From Catajapyx aquilonaris (taxonomy: Eukaryota), in contig KZ539110.1 of NCBI GenBank assembly GCA_000934665.2, forward strand, positions 1 through 41,985: DNA of 41,985 nucleotides. The letters are read 5' to 3'. The translations under genes were made by a program, and so were the position numbers. Under the pieces are notes generated by a model that saw nothing but the letters and a program-made list of their open reading frames with translations, did no database searches and was not told the DNA's origin. Below, in pieces: positions 21,201-33,537 of this stretch. Every line of letters begins with the position of its first letter. The stretch's first letter is position 1.

Positions 21201-24125
21201 GAAGCACATGGCTACAGCAGTCTGCTCGATACGAATCGACACCTAACTTGTCATGTCGAAAATGTCAATAAAATTTCAACCGTAAGGGTAATTGGGCTAT
21301 TGTGCACGAAGGCAAGATTGGTCCCTATGCACCGAGTTGAACAGTAAGTACCACCGCGAATGCTATTCGTCGCGCCCACCTAAACTGGATAATTACCACC
21401 GTAAGTTGTTAATTAAATCTACTTGAATGCCTCGTTTCATTGGCTACAGACTTCATTCGTAGTGTCAGTTAAGCAATAACTGGCTGGTATGAGCAAACAA
21501 TAGCTTTTACACACATTCCTTCACGCGACGCAATGAGTGAAAACACATTGTCAGGGAACATTCCTCAGCTTGCAATAACTAGTTTCATTCCTTTCAATCG
21601 GGAACTCCTGAATCATCATTGGAATGTTTTATGAGAATGCGAGATAAGCACAGTACCTATAAACTCTTTCTGGCATCCAAGCCACATGCAAGGAATAACT
21701 TACGTTCACGAAGCATCTCGGTTTCATGCTCGTATCTGGCGTACTCCATTCTCGCCTCCAGCTTCTCCTCGTCCAACTTAATCTCCCTGGAGAGTGATTC
21801 CTCCTTCTGCTTGCGCATCTCGTACAGCTGCTTCCACTGCTGGCCATACTCGTACTCAAATGATCCAGGCATGGCAAACCTGGGCCCAACCTCACGTGCC
21901 TTGACGTACTCTGGGTTCTTCTTGGGCATGTTCTTCTCCTGGTAACCATCCTCGTCACCAGTTGTGTCAACGGGATCCACAATCACCGGCTTCAGAGCCC
22001 TGTACGGGGTAATAATGGGGGTCGGGCAAGATGGGCAAGAAGGGGGGGATAGGTATAAACAGATCACGAAACTTAAGGGCTGCCTTGGGCTGGATAAACC
22101 ACAAAATCCTAATTAAAAAGTTAGCGTGAAGCAACATCCTTCAGTTTGCAATTAACTAGTTTCATTAAAATCAATCGGGAACTCCTGAATCATCATCAAG
22201 ATTGTGCTTCAACAAGTCTAGTACAATATGTTCCAAACCAAGGGTACTTACGAGGTAAGGAAGAAGCAGCCTTCTTGGCAGTACTTCATGGCCATCATCG
22301 CACCAGGGCGGCGGGCGTACTCGACGATCCCTTCCCCCGTGGTCTTGCCCCTCTCGTCAACCAGCACAATGGCCCTTTCGATCTCTCCGAACACGGAGAA
22401 AGCCTTCTCCAGAAGCTCATTTGACACCCAACTTGTCAGGTTCTTCACTTTGATCGCAGCACTGTGCGGAGCAAATCGGACCTTCAAGGTGCGACCCTTA
22501 CGCACCGTGCCATCCAGCTCACGCTTGGCCTGCTCTGCATTGGCACGGTAGTCCTGGTACGGTACAAGGTGTACATTAATCTTCCATAGCACCAGAATTT
22601 ACTTCCAACATTTCTCTAAAAGGCCCATTTTGCTATTAATGAACGTTGTGGTCAAGGCACATTCCTCAGCTTGCAATAATTAGTTTCATTACATTCAATC
22701 GGGAACTCCTGAATCATCATCGGAATGAATTATGGGCAGTTACGCCATTTATACCTTTAGGGTCGGTTTCACCATGATAAAAACGGGGTTCTTTCGGAAA
22801 ATCCCTACATATTCGTACAGATTTTCCGAAAGAACTGTGCTCTAATCATTTGGTACAAACCGGCTCTTAGCAAACAGTTGAAAGGTCGCAACGGCTACGC
22901 TGAAAACAAAGAAAATCACATAAAATCGTCCTTACCAGCCGAATGAACGCAAACATCTTCTCCTTGTTGATAAAAAGCTCCGCCGTCTCCCCGAAAATCT
23001 TAAACATATCTCTAAGCTCATCCTCGGTCGTATCCGGCGTCAAATTACCAACATACAATCGGCAACGACCCGAGAACTTCTTCTCAGATATATCTTGTGG
23101 CGGCAAATCAACAGTCGACCCCGCAATCTGGGCCAAACGCTCATTCAGCCGCACCTGAAAAAACATTAAAAAAATATGTTGCATACTGGATGTACATACT
23201 GTTCATGTAATGTTCCGATCGTACTGTAACGTTCCGATCGTACTGTAATGTTCCGATCGTACTGTAATGTTCTGTTCTTACTGTTCCGATCGTACTGTAA
23301 CGTTCTGTTCTTACTGTTCTGTTCCGATCGTACTGTAACGTTCCGATCGTACTGTAATGTTCCGATTGTACTGTAACGTTCTGTTCTTACTGTACTGTTC
23401 CGATCGTACTGTAACGTTCTGTTCTTACTGCAATGTTCCGATCGTACTGTAATGTTCTGTTCTTACTGCAATGCTCCGATCGTACTGTAATGTTCCGATC
23501 GTGCTGTAATGTTCTGTTCTTACTGCAATGCTCCGATCGTACTGTAATGTTCCGATCGTGCTGTAATGTTGTTCTTACTGTAATGTTCCAATCGTACTGT
23601 GATGTTCTGTTCTTACTGTAATGTTCCGATCGTACTGTAACGTTCTGTTCTTACTGTACTGTTCCGATTGTACTGTAACGTTCTGTTCTTACTGCAACGT
23701 TCCGATCGTGCTGCAATGTTCCATTCTTATTGTGGTGTACGTTCTGTTCGTACTGTACGTACCTCCTGGCTGCGCATTCCTCCTCCTCCGCCCCCTCCAG
23801 GTCCAGACTTGTTGTCTCCGTCCTGCTGCGGGCCGCCCCTCATTCCTCCGCCCCCGCCTCCGCCCCTGAACCTCCCTCCTCCTCCTCTCATCCCGCCTCC
23901 TCCGCCGCCGCCTCCCCTCCCGCCTCTCCCGCCCCTGAACCCTCCCCGGTCACCGAACCCTCCCCTGTCGCCTCTACCGAACCCTCCGCCTCCCATCTTA
24001 TCCACCTGGTTCGCCCCGGGTCCGCCGCCCCCTTGCCCAGGTGCTGGCCCCCCCTGTTCCGACTTGACCGAGTTGCCTATCCCATTCTCAGCGTCCGCCT
24101 TCATCACCACAGCTCCAGTAGCCAT
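15241..24125 (-). CDS. nonA: DBHS-family RNA-binding protein (NONO/SFPQ/PSPC1, Drosophila nonA/hrp65-like), about 570 aa, 8 coding exons
   Basis: Exons 24125-23763 (RGG/Gly-rich), 23154-22936 (RRM1, RLYVGNL), 22553-22252 (RRM2, GEGIVEY), 21999-21704 (NOPS, GPRFAMPGSFEYEYGQQWK), 21187-20997 (coiled coil), 20930-20840, 20577-20540 and 15453-15241 (ends PNKRRRY*, NLS). All borders are GT-AG with consistent phases. Confidence 0.95.
16312..16593 (-). mobile_element. tRNA-derived SINE with V-domain-like core and (ATT)n tail
   Basis: Head GGGCGACACGGTGGCCAAGTGGTTAGCG...GGTTCCGAGTTCGATCCCC carries A and B boxes. The core is TTCTCTCCGTGTTCGCGTGGGTTTTCTCGGGGCTCTCCCGTTTCCTCCCAC and the tail is ATT repeats. 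A perfect 16-bp target-site duplication CACCGCAACTGATATT lies at 16296-16311 and 16594-16609. Confidence 0.92.
17184..17533. mobile_element. Almost fully palindromic 350-bp MITE (possibly P-element-like)
   Basis: TIR CAGGGAGCATATACTACATAAGAGGCGCAAAC. Arms of about 155 bp are nearly complementary around a short spacer. Flanks ATTTCGA / CTTTCGA resemble a 7-bp TSD with one mismatch. Confidence 0.85.
21557..21628 (-). ncRNA. Box C/D snoRNA, copy 1 (DBHS intron 4)
   Basis: AACATTCC-A-ATGATGA(C)-TTCAGGAGTTCCCGA-TTGA(D')-AAGGA-ATGAAA(C'-like)-CTAGTTATTGCAAG-CTGA(D)-GGAATGTT, with an 8-bp terminal stem. Confidence 0.85.
22128..22210 (-). ncRNA. Box C/D snoRNA, copy 2 (DBHS intron 3)
   Basis: Same boxes and an identical TTCAGGAGTTCCCGA element. 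The terminal stem GAAGCA.../...TGCTTC is imperfect and differs in sequence from copies 1 and 3. Confidence 0.8.
22660..22727 (-). ncRNA. Box C/D snoRNA, copy 3 (DBHS intron 2)
   Basis: CATTCC-G-ATGATGA-TTCAGGAGTTCCCGA-TTGA-ATGTA-ATGAAA-CTAATTATTGCAAG-CTGA-GGAATG. Confidence 0.85.
22760..22866. mobile_element. Tourist/PIF-Harbinger-like mini-MITE (107 bp)
   Basis: TTA|GGGTCGGTTTCACCA ... TGGTACAAACCGGCTC|TTA gives imperfect TIRs with a TTA TSD. There is an internal perfect 16-bp inverted repeat at 22788-22803 / 22820-22835. Confidence 0.65.
23205..23760. repeat. Minisatellite of two related ~19-bp units filling DBHS intron 1
   Basis: Interspersed units GTTCCGATCGTACTGTAAT and GTTCTGTTCTTACTGTAAT, roughly 25-30 copies. 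Confidence 0.95.
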
Positions 24126-24217
24126 GGCCGGTTCTTCTTTCTAATAAAACCGAAGAAAGTGTTCGTGTGGGAAAGCGACGCGTCACTCGGGCCGGAGAGA
24201 AAATCGAACAACAAAGC

Positions 24218-24715
24218 CAAGATGGCCGAATTCCGTAGTGGGTGGTGGTGGGTGGAAAGGGAGGGGCCGAATGCAGCACAGCGGCTCAGATGGGACATAG
24301 CAGCTACTTATCTCATTACAATGTACCGATTGCAATTAGACAATTAGAGCGCACGGGGTATGTACCGGTACAGCAAGCGCTCGCATTACGAAACCTGGAA
24401 CAAAACTTGGAAACAAACACTGAGCCTTCATACAGCCATAATGTGACTAATGTTGATTGTAGCAGCTACCGGCTCGGAGCTCCATTGCTACATCCGGGTA
24501 CTTTAGCGATGAAGCGCCGTGATGACGTCACTTCAGTCGCAATTTTATGTCAATTAACTAACAATTTAACAACTTAATTACATTAACTACATGAAATAAT
24601 AGTAAAATTATTATAATAAATAACGTTCGAGTGAACGACTTACAAGAATTTGATTGGCAGACGGGCGTTCGAATGCGGCATGGCCACATTCCGTTGGATG
24701 CTCGCAAGATGGCAG
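24218..24715 (-). promoter_or_regulatory. DBHS gene promoter region
   Basis: CAAGATGGC (YY1-like) at about 24218 and 24705, CRE palindrome TGACGTCA at 24523-24530, and ATTGG/CCAAT at about 24653, all upstream of the first exon. Confidence 0.4.
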
Positions 24716-26611
24716 TGGCGTGTACTTTCAAATCGTTTTATTTCGTGTACATTGTAGTGTATTGCCCTCAAATCGATTTGTGCTTGTTACTCACTAGCCC
24801 TGATAATATCCCGTAATAGTAACAACTTGTATGCGGTTACAGACGAAAGGACAGCTGTAAAAATTTTTTTTAAATGCATCATTGAGGGCATGGGTGCAAT
24901 AATACTCGTGAATGTACCGTTATATCGGCACTACTGTAATATATTATCAATTAACAGATTACACAGTTCCATAGGACTGATTCCATACACTCTTGAGCAC
25001 CAAGAGAAATCTGGAAAACGAATCACATGAAAAAATGAAAATCACACAACGTTGGAACCCGTCAAATGAGGGCAACTATATACAGTATATAGGGAACTCT
25101 TTAATTTTTTTTACTCTCTCAGTAGTAACATTTTAAATCCAATTCTCTTGCAGAGAGTATAGTTTGTCATGGTATAAAGCCTGTATATTAATGTGTAAGA
25201 AGTTTATTATTTTTTTTCTTCATCATCCCCTTCCCCCCCCCATTCAGTGTAACAAAACCATACTTAAATAGTCCCTTTCATCATGTAAAAAAGAAGGTTT
25301 GGGCATCAGTTATGAATGTCTCTTGTACTACAATGATGAGTTGGAACAGTTATTGTTCTTCGAAGCAAAAAAACCAAATCCCATTCCGCACTCACATCAC
25401 ACTTTGACTTGGCCACTGTGCAAGTATATAAACTGATATTAATTATTATTTATGCTAAAGCTGAACACGTTATTGCTTGAGGTCGGGTCAGCGCAACAAA
25501 TATTTTCAACTGAATCTGGCAGCAGCGAACATTAGCGAGGCGATATTGAGGTCACAATTATTAATACACGAGGGAACACACTTTTCTAATGAGTAAGTGA
25601 ACCTCGAAACAATAAGTCAGTCAACTGATTATAGTTAAGGGCTGGTTTCAGCAAAGTGGTCATTTAAAACAACTTAACTTGCGAGCTTTTAGCAGACTAA
25701 TAATTTTGTGTTGCAATCACAAGGAAGAAATGCACCTTTCACATGGGATCGAATGAGTATTTATTTTATGCAATGGCAGTTAAGATTCTTGAAAATGTCT
25801 AGTCCAATTAAAAATAATTGCAAAATGTGACATTGTTATGACCAAGCTTTGCACGTGATAATCTGTGCTGTACATAATCTCAACTGCTCAGTAAGTGTTC
25901 CTGTTGCATCATTAACAATCTGTGAAATAAAATGTCATTAGAAACAGTTAACAGACCACTCCTGAAACCAATACTGCCTGAGCAATAAGCAACCAAGAAG
26001 AAACGACTAACAGTTTGAGTGCCGTTCCCCATTATTATTTTTTTCTTCTCTAAACATCATCCTTCAACACTTGAAATATATTTTGTTAAAAAATCCATTC
26101 GAGCAGGGAATCACAACACGTGCTTTTTTTTGTGCTTCCAGGACGAATCATCGCCTCTGGAAACAAGGGAACGAGTTAAAGAGAAAAACAACCTGGCCAT
26201 CCTTCTTTTTTTTTGTTCTTGTTCCGTCCATTTCGTCAAACACAAGGCATTTTTTAAAAAGATGATGGCAGTGTGGATGCGACTTAATCGTCAGGTCCCG
26301 CGGGGCATAGTTAACAATAAAACACTAGAAAAAACCACCATTGGAAAAAACGATCCTCCTATATAGTTAAACTGTGCAAAATGGAGGACACACACGCACA
26401 CACTCACGCACATTTTCACAATAAAACGTTATATGCGTCACAGGTGGAAGAGCCCAGATGAGTCTTGCTGCACTAACCCTGGGTCGTTATAACAAATGGC
26501 TGGGTCGCAACCCGCGTATGTACAGTGGCAATGTGTTTCCATCCGAGGTGTGCAGTACCCGTACTGAGGCTGGGGGTGGCCTCGAAGGTTCCTCGGAGGA
26601 AGGGCGTGGTC

Positions 26612-29600
26612 CTAGCAGGGCTCGTCTTCTAAACTCACGGGAGATCCGTTGGCCTTATACACCTGAAACAGTTTCCACTAATCAATGGTGTTCATTTTAC
26701 ACAGTATTTTAACTACAGGTTGTTATTTGAAGGTCTCGGGGAGAAAAAAAAAACATGTTTTTCTCACGAGACCTTCAATATTGTGCAAATTGCTACTTTT
26801 CAGTCATTTGTACCGGTATTCTGGAGGAGCTTGCGGTTCCCCAATAGGGTCTTGTAACCTGTTAAATGGTATTTAAATACAGAAATAATTATAACAATGC
26901 GACCTTCCTTTAAAAAAAAAAAAAAACATTACAGCATACAGTTACATGACGGTAGACACATGCAAGGATGCCATCATCATCCGTTGTTCTAATCCAAACT
27001 CGACTAACAAACTCAATGAAGCAAAACTTTTTGGAGCGCATAGGCGTTAGAAGCACAGAAAATAATGATAGTTTTTTTTAAAAGGTGGGAAAGGGACGTC
27101 GCGTCGCCACACAAATCATGGTTGTTGCCTCTGAGTCTAATTCTGAAATATTGTTGCTTTGTGCTGAGTCGAGATGCTGGAGGAAAATGTCTCTGCGAGC
27201 CTTCAAACTTTTTCGCAGGGAAGCTCATAAAGGACTTGGACACATCAGGGGTCATTATCATTTGGATGTCATTTAGTAAAAAAAAAGTTTTGTCGTCATG
27301 CTGACAGGAATATTTTATAATGAGTTGAGTGTCTCTTTATGACTTGGCCAGTCCTGTGTTGCCATATGACAACAGTATTTGACTGTGGCCTTATGGCAAC
27401 ATCAAAGGTATAATCAACCATCAGTAATACTTACCTGTATATGCACTGGCCTGCCTTTAGGTGAGTAGAACTCGCTTTCTGAACTGCTTCCGAGCGACGT
27501 GAGGGCCATGGGCATCTCTCCACAGGGTGTGCTGCCATGGAGACTCCCATGGACCGAAGACATCAGCTCCAGGTCCACAGTCGTCGTGTTGTCACGAGCG
27601 ATTGCCCTGAATATAACATTCATATTTAGTAGATGCTGGGAAGATATACTTAATTCAAAAAGCCCCAGACGACACACATTCTACAACACATAGGATTCAG
27701 TGTCTCAAGATTCAATCTGGCCAAATAGTCTTTCCCCCCTTTCTCCTATAAAGAGAGAGAGTTCAGACAATTTTCACCCGATGCAACTCTGCCAAGCTTG
27801 ATTAGATTCTAGATAGCCCGGGACTTCTGTGACACTCGATATGCAGCCCAACAGAAGTGGAAGATAGAAGCTGGGAGGCGAAGATTCAGATTAGCGATTT
27901 ACTGGTTCGCAGAAATCTCTCTCTCTCTGCTGCTGCTACTACTACACGGTACTACAGCACCCCCCAGAAAGCTTGCGAAGCGCGCACATCCAATTATTGG
28001 AAATCGTGACAGCAATCGGATTAAGAGCTGACGGAACTAGGGGGGAAGGAGTTAAGAGGAAGAAGGAAAGGGGGGGGGGGTATGACCAAAAAAATAGAAA
28101 GAATCTTTATCATTTTTGTCAAGTCATTATAAAGTCTGCTTACAGAACCAGCCTTTTCCTCACATAATTCGCAAAAAAAAAAAGTTAATGACGACAATTT
28201 ATTCGTACTATTGTTGGTGGTGGAAAATATCAGTCAACTGTTCGCCTGTTGACACTGGCAAATTGTTTTCTGGACGTTTGTGCAACAAAAAAAATATTTC
28301 TCTTGGACTTGTGGACTTGTGGACAACCCTGTGCCGAATCGCAAGTAGATTGTCGTGAAATCATCACATCGTCACTCCCCCTATACCAAGAGTTGAAACT
28401 GCCTTTTGATCTCCCCCACTCTCTCTCCGACTCTCCCCCACTAAAGGTCTTAGGAAATTATTGTGCCATTCAAGGGACGAGGGTCGAGATTGTAATTTTC
28501 TTACTCAGTGGCTAGGAAAATGTTTTTTGTCAGGAGGGTTTTTTTTTGAGGGGTACGAAGAGGCTGGATTTTTTTTTAATGGAGAGGGGCTTTTTTATGG
28601 GCACCACAAGAGCCACATGGGGAAGGAATATCTGATAAAATGGCGTCGACGACTTGAGGATTCGTGAAGGATAATCTGAACGAACTGCGATAGTTGCACT
28701 TGGATTACCGTGTACTTATATAGGAGCAGGGATTATAGTCCAGCCAATAATTGTCAGGTTTTGTGGAGTATTAGGATCCGATTTTTTTGGTCAGTCGTAG
28801 AGTCGAGGGGAGGGGGTGACAAAAATCAATTCTGCACAGAACAATTGACCTCTGGACGTGCTCATTGCCTATTGAAATCTGGAATATTAGCGAGCTGAAT
28901 TTTAATCCTTGTGTTAGCACCTTCTCGGGTGTTAATACCGCTTTTGTCATACCCGCATAAATTTTTTTAACACCCCATTGGGAATCACTGGTCATATACA
29001 TTAGAACTAAAAAAAATAATTCTTCAAGTGATGGTGCTGATTTAAAGCTAAAAAAAATAAGCGTGAGGCAGAGGATTTGGGCGAACCGATTACTGAAGCA
29101 ATTATCCGAGATTTATCGCGGAATTTGGCGAAGGTGTCGAGGGGCTTAATTATTCGCAGAGTTGGCTGATAAAATGAAGCATGGCTGCTGTATTCTAAGA
29201 AGCAGCCCGAGGCGGTTGGAGGAGACTGAGGAGATTGGGTTTGAGGGGATGCGGAGAAGGAGTAAAGGAGGGGAGGGATCGGCGTCACTTCGCGGTTTGG
29301 GTTCCCAAAAGCCACAACGAAGGAACTAAGAAGAGAACGAAGGAGGGGGAAAAAAATGTGGAGAGAAAAGAAAAAAAAAAACTCAATTCAAACTTTGAGG
29401 AAGCTGAGCAGCAACAGAAGGCTATGAGAGTTAACAAAACAGACCTGGTTCCAACAGCTGATTTTACGAAACCAAACGGACCAACTGCAACTGAAAGTAA
29501 TAATGTTCAGGGAATCTATACTGTATTGGTTGTACAAAACACAAAGTGAAAATTAAGGAAATAGAAAAACAACAACTGAGCACAAAAAAACGAACTCAAA

Positions 29601-32029
29601 AAAAAGGGGGGGGAGGATGAGCAATGCTTCCCCTCCGGTGTGATGATTTATGAGCTGAGGAACAAATCGTTTCCCGCTAACGCGATGACATTTTTCTATT
29701 TGGACTGGACGATTTATCTGCTTCCCCTGCAGGCTGCTGGTCAAAGAAACACTTATTTCGAGAGAGAAAGAGAGAAGAGTTGGTGCTCGTTCTCACTGTC
29801 GGACCAAAAACCCTCGCAAATAGGCCCATTTTTTGGAGCATTTATTAATTTTTATATTTGACACTTTTCACATGCTAATTCCTAATAGGCTTATTCTCTC
29901 CGTCGGATGTTTGTCCGACCTGATCTCTCGCACGGCCTGAAGATGACAGGAGTGTGCAGACAGGGTGCGCCATCTATGCGTGAAGATTGCAACTACGTGG
30001 TAAATCGGAGGGCAATTTGATTGCCACTGTCATACTGATTGTACGTTTGCCCAATTTTGGCAATGAGTTCTCTAGTAATTAGTTGAATCGCATCCCTTTT
30101 TGGTGTCAAGTGCTCATCTCCAGATGCCGCAGCAAATCTTGGAAATAACGTCCAAGCTGATCGGACCCACACTTTATCTTTCGGCTGCAAATGTCGTCGT
30201 TCCGAATTAATTGTTCCGGAGGCCAGAGAACCTCGATAATTCAGCGTGTGTATTCTGCTTATATTGTTGTCTCAGCCCTCTCTCTCTCAACTTCCGCTGG
30301 AAAGCCCCCCCCCCCCCTTTCCATCCCATCTATGCTAGTGCTGTAGGCCCAAAGGGCTGCAACGCAACACGGCATTGTCAACAACCTCTGGTGTGTTTAT
30401 AGAGGCAAAAGCCCGAGTCCTGCTCTGCCTTGGCGGTAATTTAAACTCGACTTTCCCCGGATGCAGACAAGTCCATTAGGAATTCAAGTGGCGCGGAGAG
30501 CGTCATCGACTTCGAGTTGAGTTCTCAATGAAGACCTCTCTCTCTCCCTCTCTCTCTCTCTCCTTCTCTGGGAAACATCTCAACTTTGGAGTGATTACTA
30601 GTGCAGAGGAGGGAACAAAACCTCTCATATAGAGGCGACAAGGTACTGCACCTCTCACCTCTCTATAATGTCAAAGTTCAAAAAGTTTTCAGAGAGGAAA
30701 CTTACCTGTAGTGAGCTTGCTGGGATGCGATAGGCGTTGGTTTGATTGAGTAGATGATGACCCCGGTCATCACCAGGAAGAAGGACAGGAAGTACAAGGC
30801 GTGGAACTGAAACACAGGTTGAGATGTTATCTTTTAGAATGGTAGTTTTATCTGACATTTCAGAGTTTTTATTTTCATCGCATACATAGGATTTGAGCTG
30901 AGTGGGAAAAACCCCGTTTTGAGAGGATAAGATCCAGGGGGGGTTGATTCGTATCAATAATGAAACCTACTCCTAGAATGGCATTTCCTAGTCGAAAATC
31001 TTAGATCTGACGTGACAGCTTCGGAATCACCCGTCAGTCCTGCAGGACACGCCTGGCTAAAACCTTACGACTTGAAATGACAGGTTACTGAAGATCCCGG
31101 AGATGGATGCAGCGTGACCTATAGTCACCAGTTCAATTTGAAACGTGTGACTTTTCCATAATGCAACGTGATTATGTTTTTAGCCACAATAAAAAGTGGC
31201 AATTATCGTGATTTGGGTATATCCAAGATGGCGGACGGCCCTGCAACGAGCAAATGCGTGCGCCGGCCCCGCAGTGCGCATCATTGTTCGCTGCCCTTTA
31301 CGAGCACGACTCACCTTATAATGGAAGAGGTAAATTCCGGCCACTAGCGAGTAGAAATCGGCCGAAAGCACCGAGAGATTGAAGGCGGTGGCGCTGCTGA
31401 GGCGCATGACCACCGGCGTGATGGAGTAGAAGAGGAACTGCGCCAGGGCGAAGATGCCCAGCAGCACCACTGGCTGCCAAACGTCCCATCGAACTCCAGC
31501 CACCTCCTGATGCTCCAGCACCGCTCTATAGGCAACGAACCAAAAAAAACATCATCAAAACCTGCGTGCAATACACACACAAAAAAGCGGGTCGTTAAGT
31601 AAAGTGTATCCATGCCACACTTCAAAAAAAAGGGGGGATTCAACAGGTACATTCTCCCCGTAAGAGCCAAATCATGTAATGCCCGGAATCCGTATCGCCC
31701 CAGGAGGAAACTTCAGCAAATCGATTCCCGTTATGAAAAGTTAGGGAAAACGGAGGGTATAGAGGGGGCCCAGAGTTTCAATTAACCCCCCCCCCCCCNC
31801 TACTTGGTATATATAACTAGAGATTGATTCGGACCCACTTGCTTCATTCTTCAACCCCTTCTAACTTACAACTGGATGCCGTTGATGACGCTGCCGAAAA
31901 GTCCCATCATTCCCAGAAACTCGATGCTGTCGAAGGTCTTCACCACGAACTCCTGAGCAATGTTGGAGATGCCGTAAAGGGCGGCTCCGGCAAGGCACAG
32001 CATGTCTCCAAGCAGGCGGTTCTTCCCCG
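26612..32029 (-). CDS. SLC35F2: Solute carrier family 35 member F1/F2-like transporter, 3' five coding exons (5' exons not found in window)
   Basis: Exons 32029-31870 (LLGDMLCLAGAALYGISNIAQEFVVK), 31525-31315 (FYSITPVVMRLSSATAFNLSVLSADFYSLVAGIYLFHYK), 30806-30706 (FHALYFLSFFLVMTGVIIY), 27606-27435 and 26662-26612 splice in frame. F1 versus F2 orthology cannot be resolved. Confidence 0.88.
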
Positions 32030-33016
32030 CTGCAAAAAAGTACAAGGTGAATCAAAACTAGGAGTCAAGTTGGCTCAAAATAAATTAAAAATGTGGAGGT
32101 AAGAAAAATGTCGAGAAATCAACCGGCGAAGTTATGACTCACTCTGTACTATTAGTTGGATCCGGAGGATTGGACACCTCCAGCCAAATTTAATCAGCAC
32201 TTTAATCAGGTGCTAGTGGTGCACCTATGCTGCAAACCAGACTTGGCAGCTAGTGTAGACCGCGTGAAAACCAACTCAAAGTAGCCTCGGCTCATGTTGG
32301 GAACAAGTTGCTACTTAATGGGGGGGACTGGCTCCACTTTATGTCGCCACCACTTATGTAACAAAACATGTTCATATTGGCAGAAGCCGAAGCAAAAATA
32401 ATATCTATTTTTCCCATAGGTTGCCAAACAATTTCCAGACAAGTGGGTGTGAAATGGGTACGAAATTGGATAACAGTGCAATAAATAAAACAATAATGGA
32501 TTAATTGGCGGACTGCCCATTGCGACCATTCCGGGTTTGTCCCCCCACTGCCTTTCAACACTTTGGTCATAAAACCTCGGGGATAGACCAGCAGACAAAC
32601 AAGCAGAACCCCTTCGTAAAACTGGCTGTAAAATATTTTTTTTGGGGGGTCCAACCACCGCTTGGAACCGGATGGTTTACGACCATTACATGCCCAGTAA
32701 CCCTTTGAGTAATTTGACTAATTATCCTTGGTAGAATTTTACATGTACGGCGAGTCCCCCGAAATTAATATTTGAGTATAGGGGGATGTATGTGTGGGAT
32801 AGGGGAGTTTTGATTCCATAATGATTATCGCCTCCGCGGGATGGGCTCAGAGGGAGAGTATTTTCATTCACAAAGCAATCCCCATCCCCACCAAAAATTG
32901 ATCTCCACATTATTCATCCCATTTTTATCTCTCACAAAAAATATGTCCTATAAATAAATATCTGATAGCAGCCTACAAAAACTATCATCTAGTTAATTTG
33001 ATGGGATGACGGACAT

Positions 33017-33191
33017 NNNNNNNNNNNNNNNNNNNNNNNNNNNNNNNNNNNNNNNNNNNNNNNNNNNNNNNNNNNNNNNNNNNNNNNNNNNNNNNNNNNN
33101 NNNNNNNNNNNNNNNNNNNNNNNNNNNNNNNNNNNNNNNNNNNNNNNNNNNNNNNNNNNNNNNNNNNNNNNNNNNNNNNNNNNNNNNNNNN
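33017..33191. other. Assembly gap (N run) next to a poly-C tract
   Basis: 175 N characters. Single Ns also occur in C-runs at 31799 and about 41493. Confidence 1.
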
Positions 33192-33396
33192 CCCCCCCCC
33201 CCCCCCCCCGCTAGTCCTTTCCGTACATTTCCCCCCCTGCTATCTCACTCTTGACAAGGGAGTGTATGGAAAGAAATATTTGGTGTGTATAGCGAACACA
33301 ATATTTCGGCTGGAAATGTGCCTCAAGCGTATGCCACGTACACGCTAAAATATGGCGAGACTATCTACAGGCAGGAACAATCATAATATTTTGACG

Positions 33397-33537
33397 CTTT
33401 CATATCGGGAGACCCCACACTTTTACATACTTTCATAGGCTTGTATTTGCTGAAAGATAGGCGTGTATCCGCTGAAGAACAGGGGTGTATCCGCAGTGAA
33501 GGAAAGTTAGGTAATGGTCGGTCTCCCGATATGAAAG
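33397..33537. repeat. Small inverted-repeat element (probable MITE remnant)
   Basis: Perfect 18-bp inverted repeat CTTTCATATCGGGAGACC / GGTCTCCCGATATGAAAG enclosing a direct repeat GTGTATCCGC. Confidence 0.55.

Noticed and set aside
23205..23760. CRISPR-like array
   Set aside because: The units are contiguous with no unique spacers, they lie in a eukaryotic intron, and there are no cas genes. It is a minisatellite.
23668..24347. Proline-rich plus-strand ORFs (158 and 205 aa)
   Set aside because: Antisense shadows of the Gly/RGG-rich first exon of the DBHS gene.
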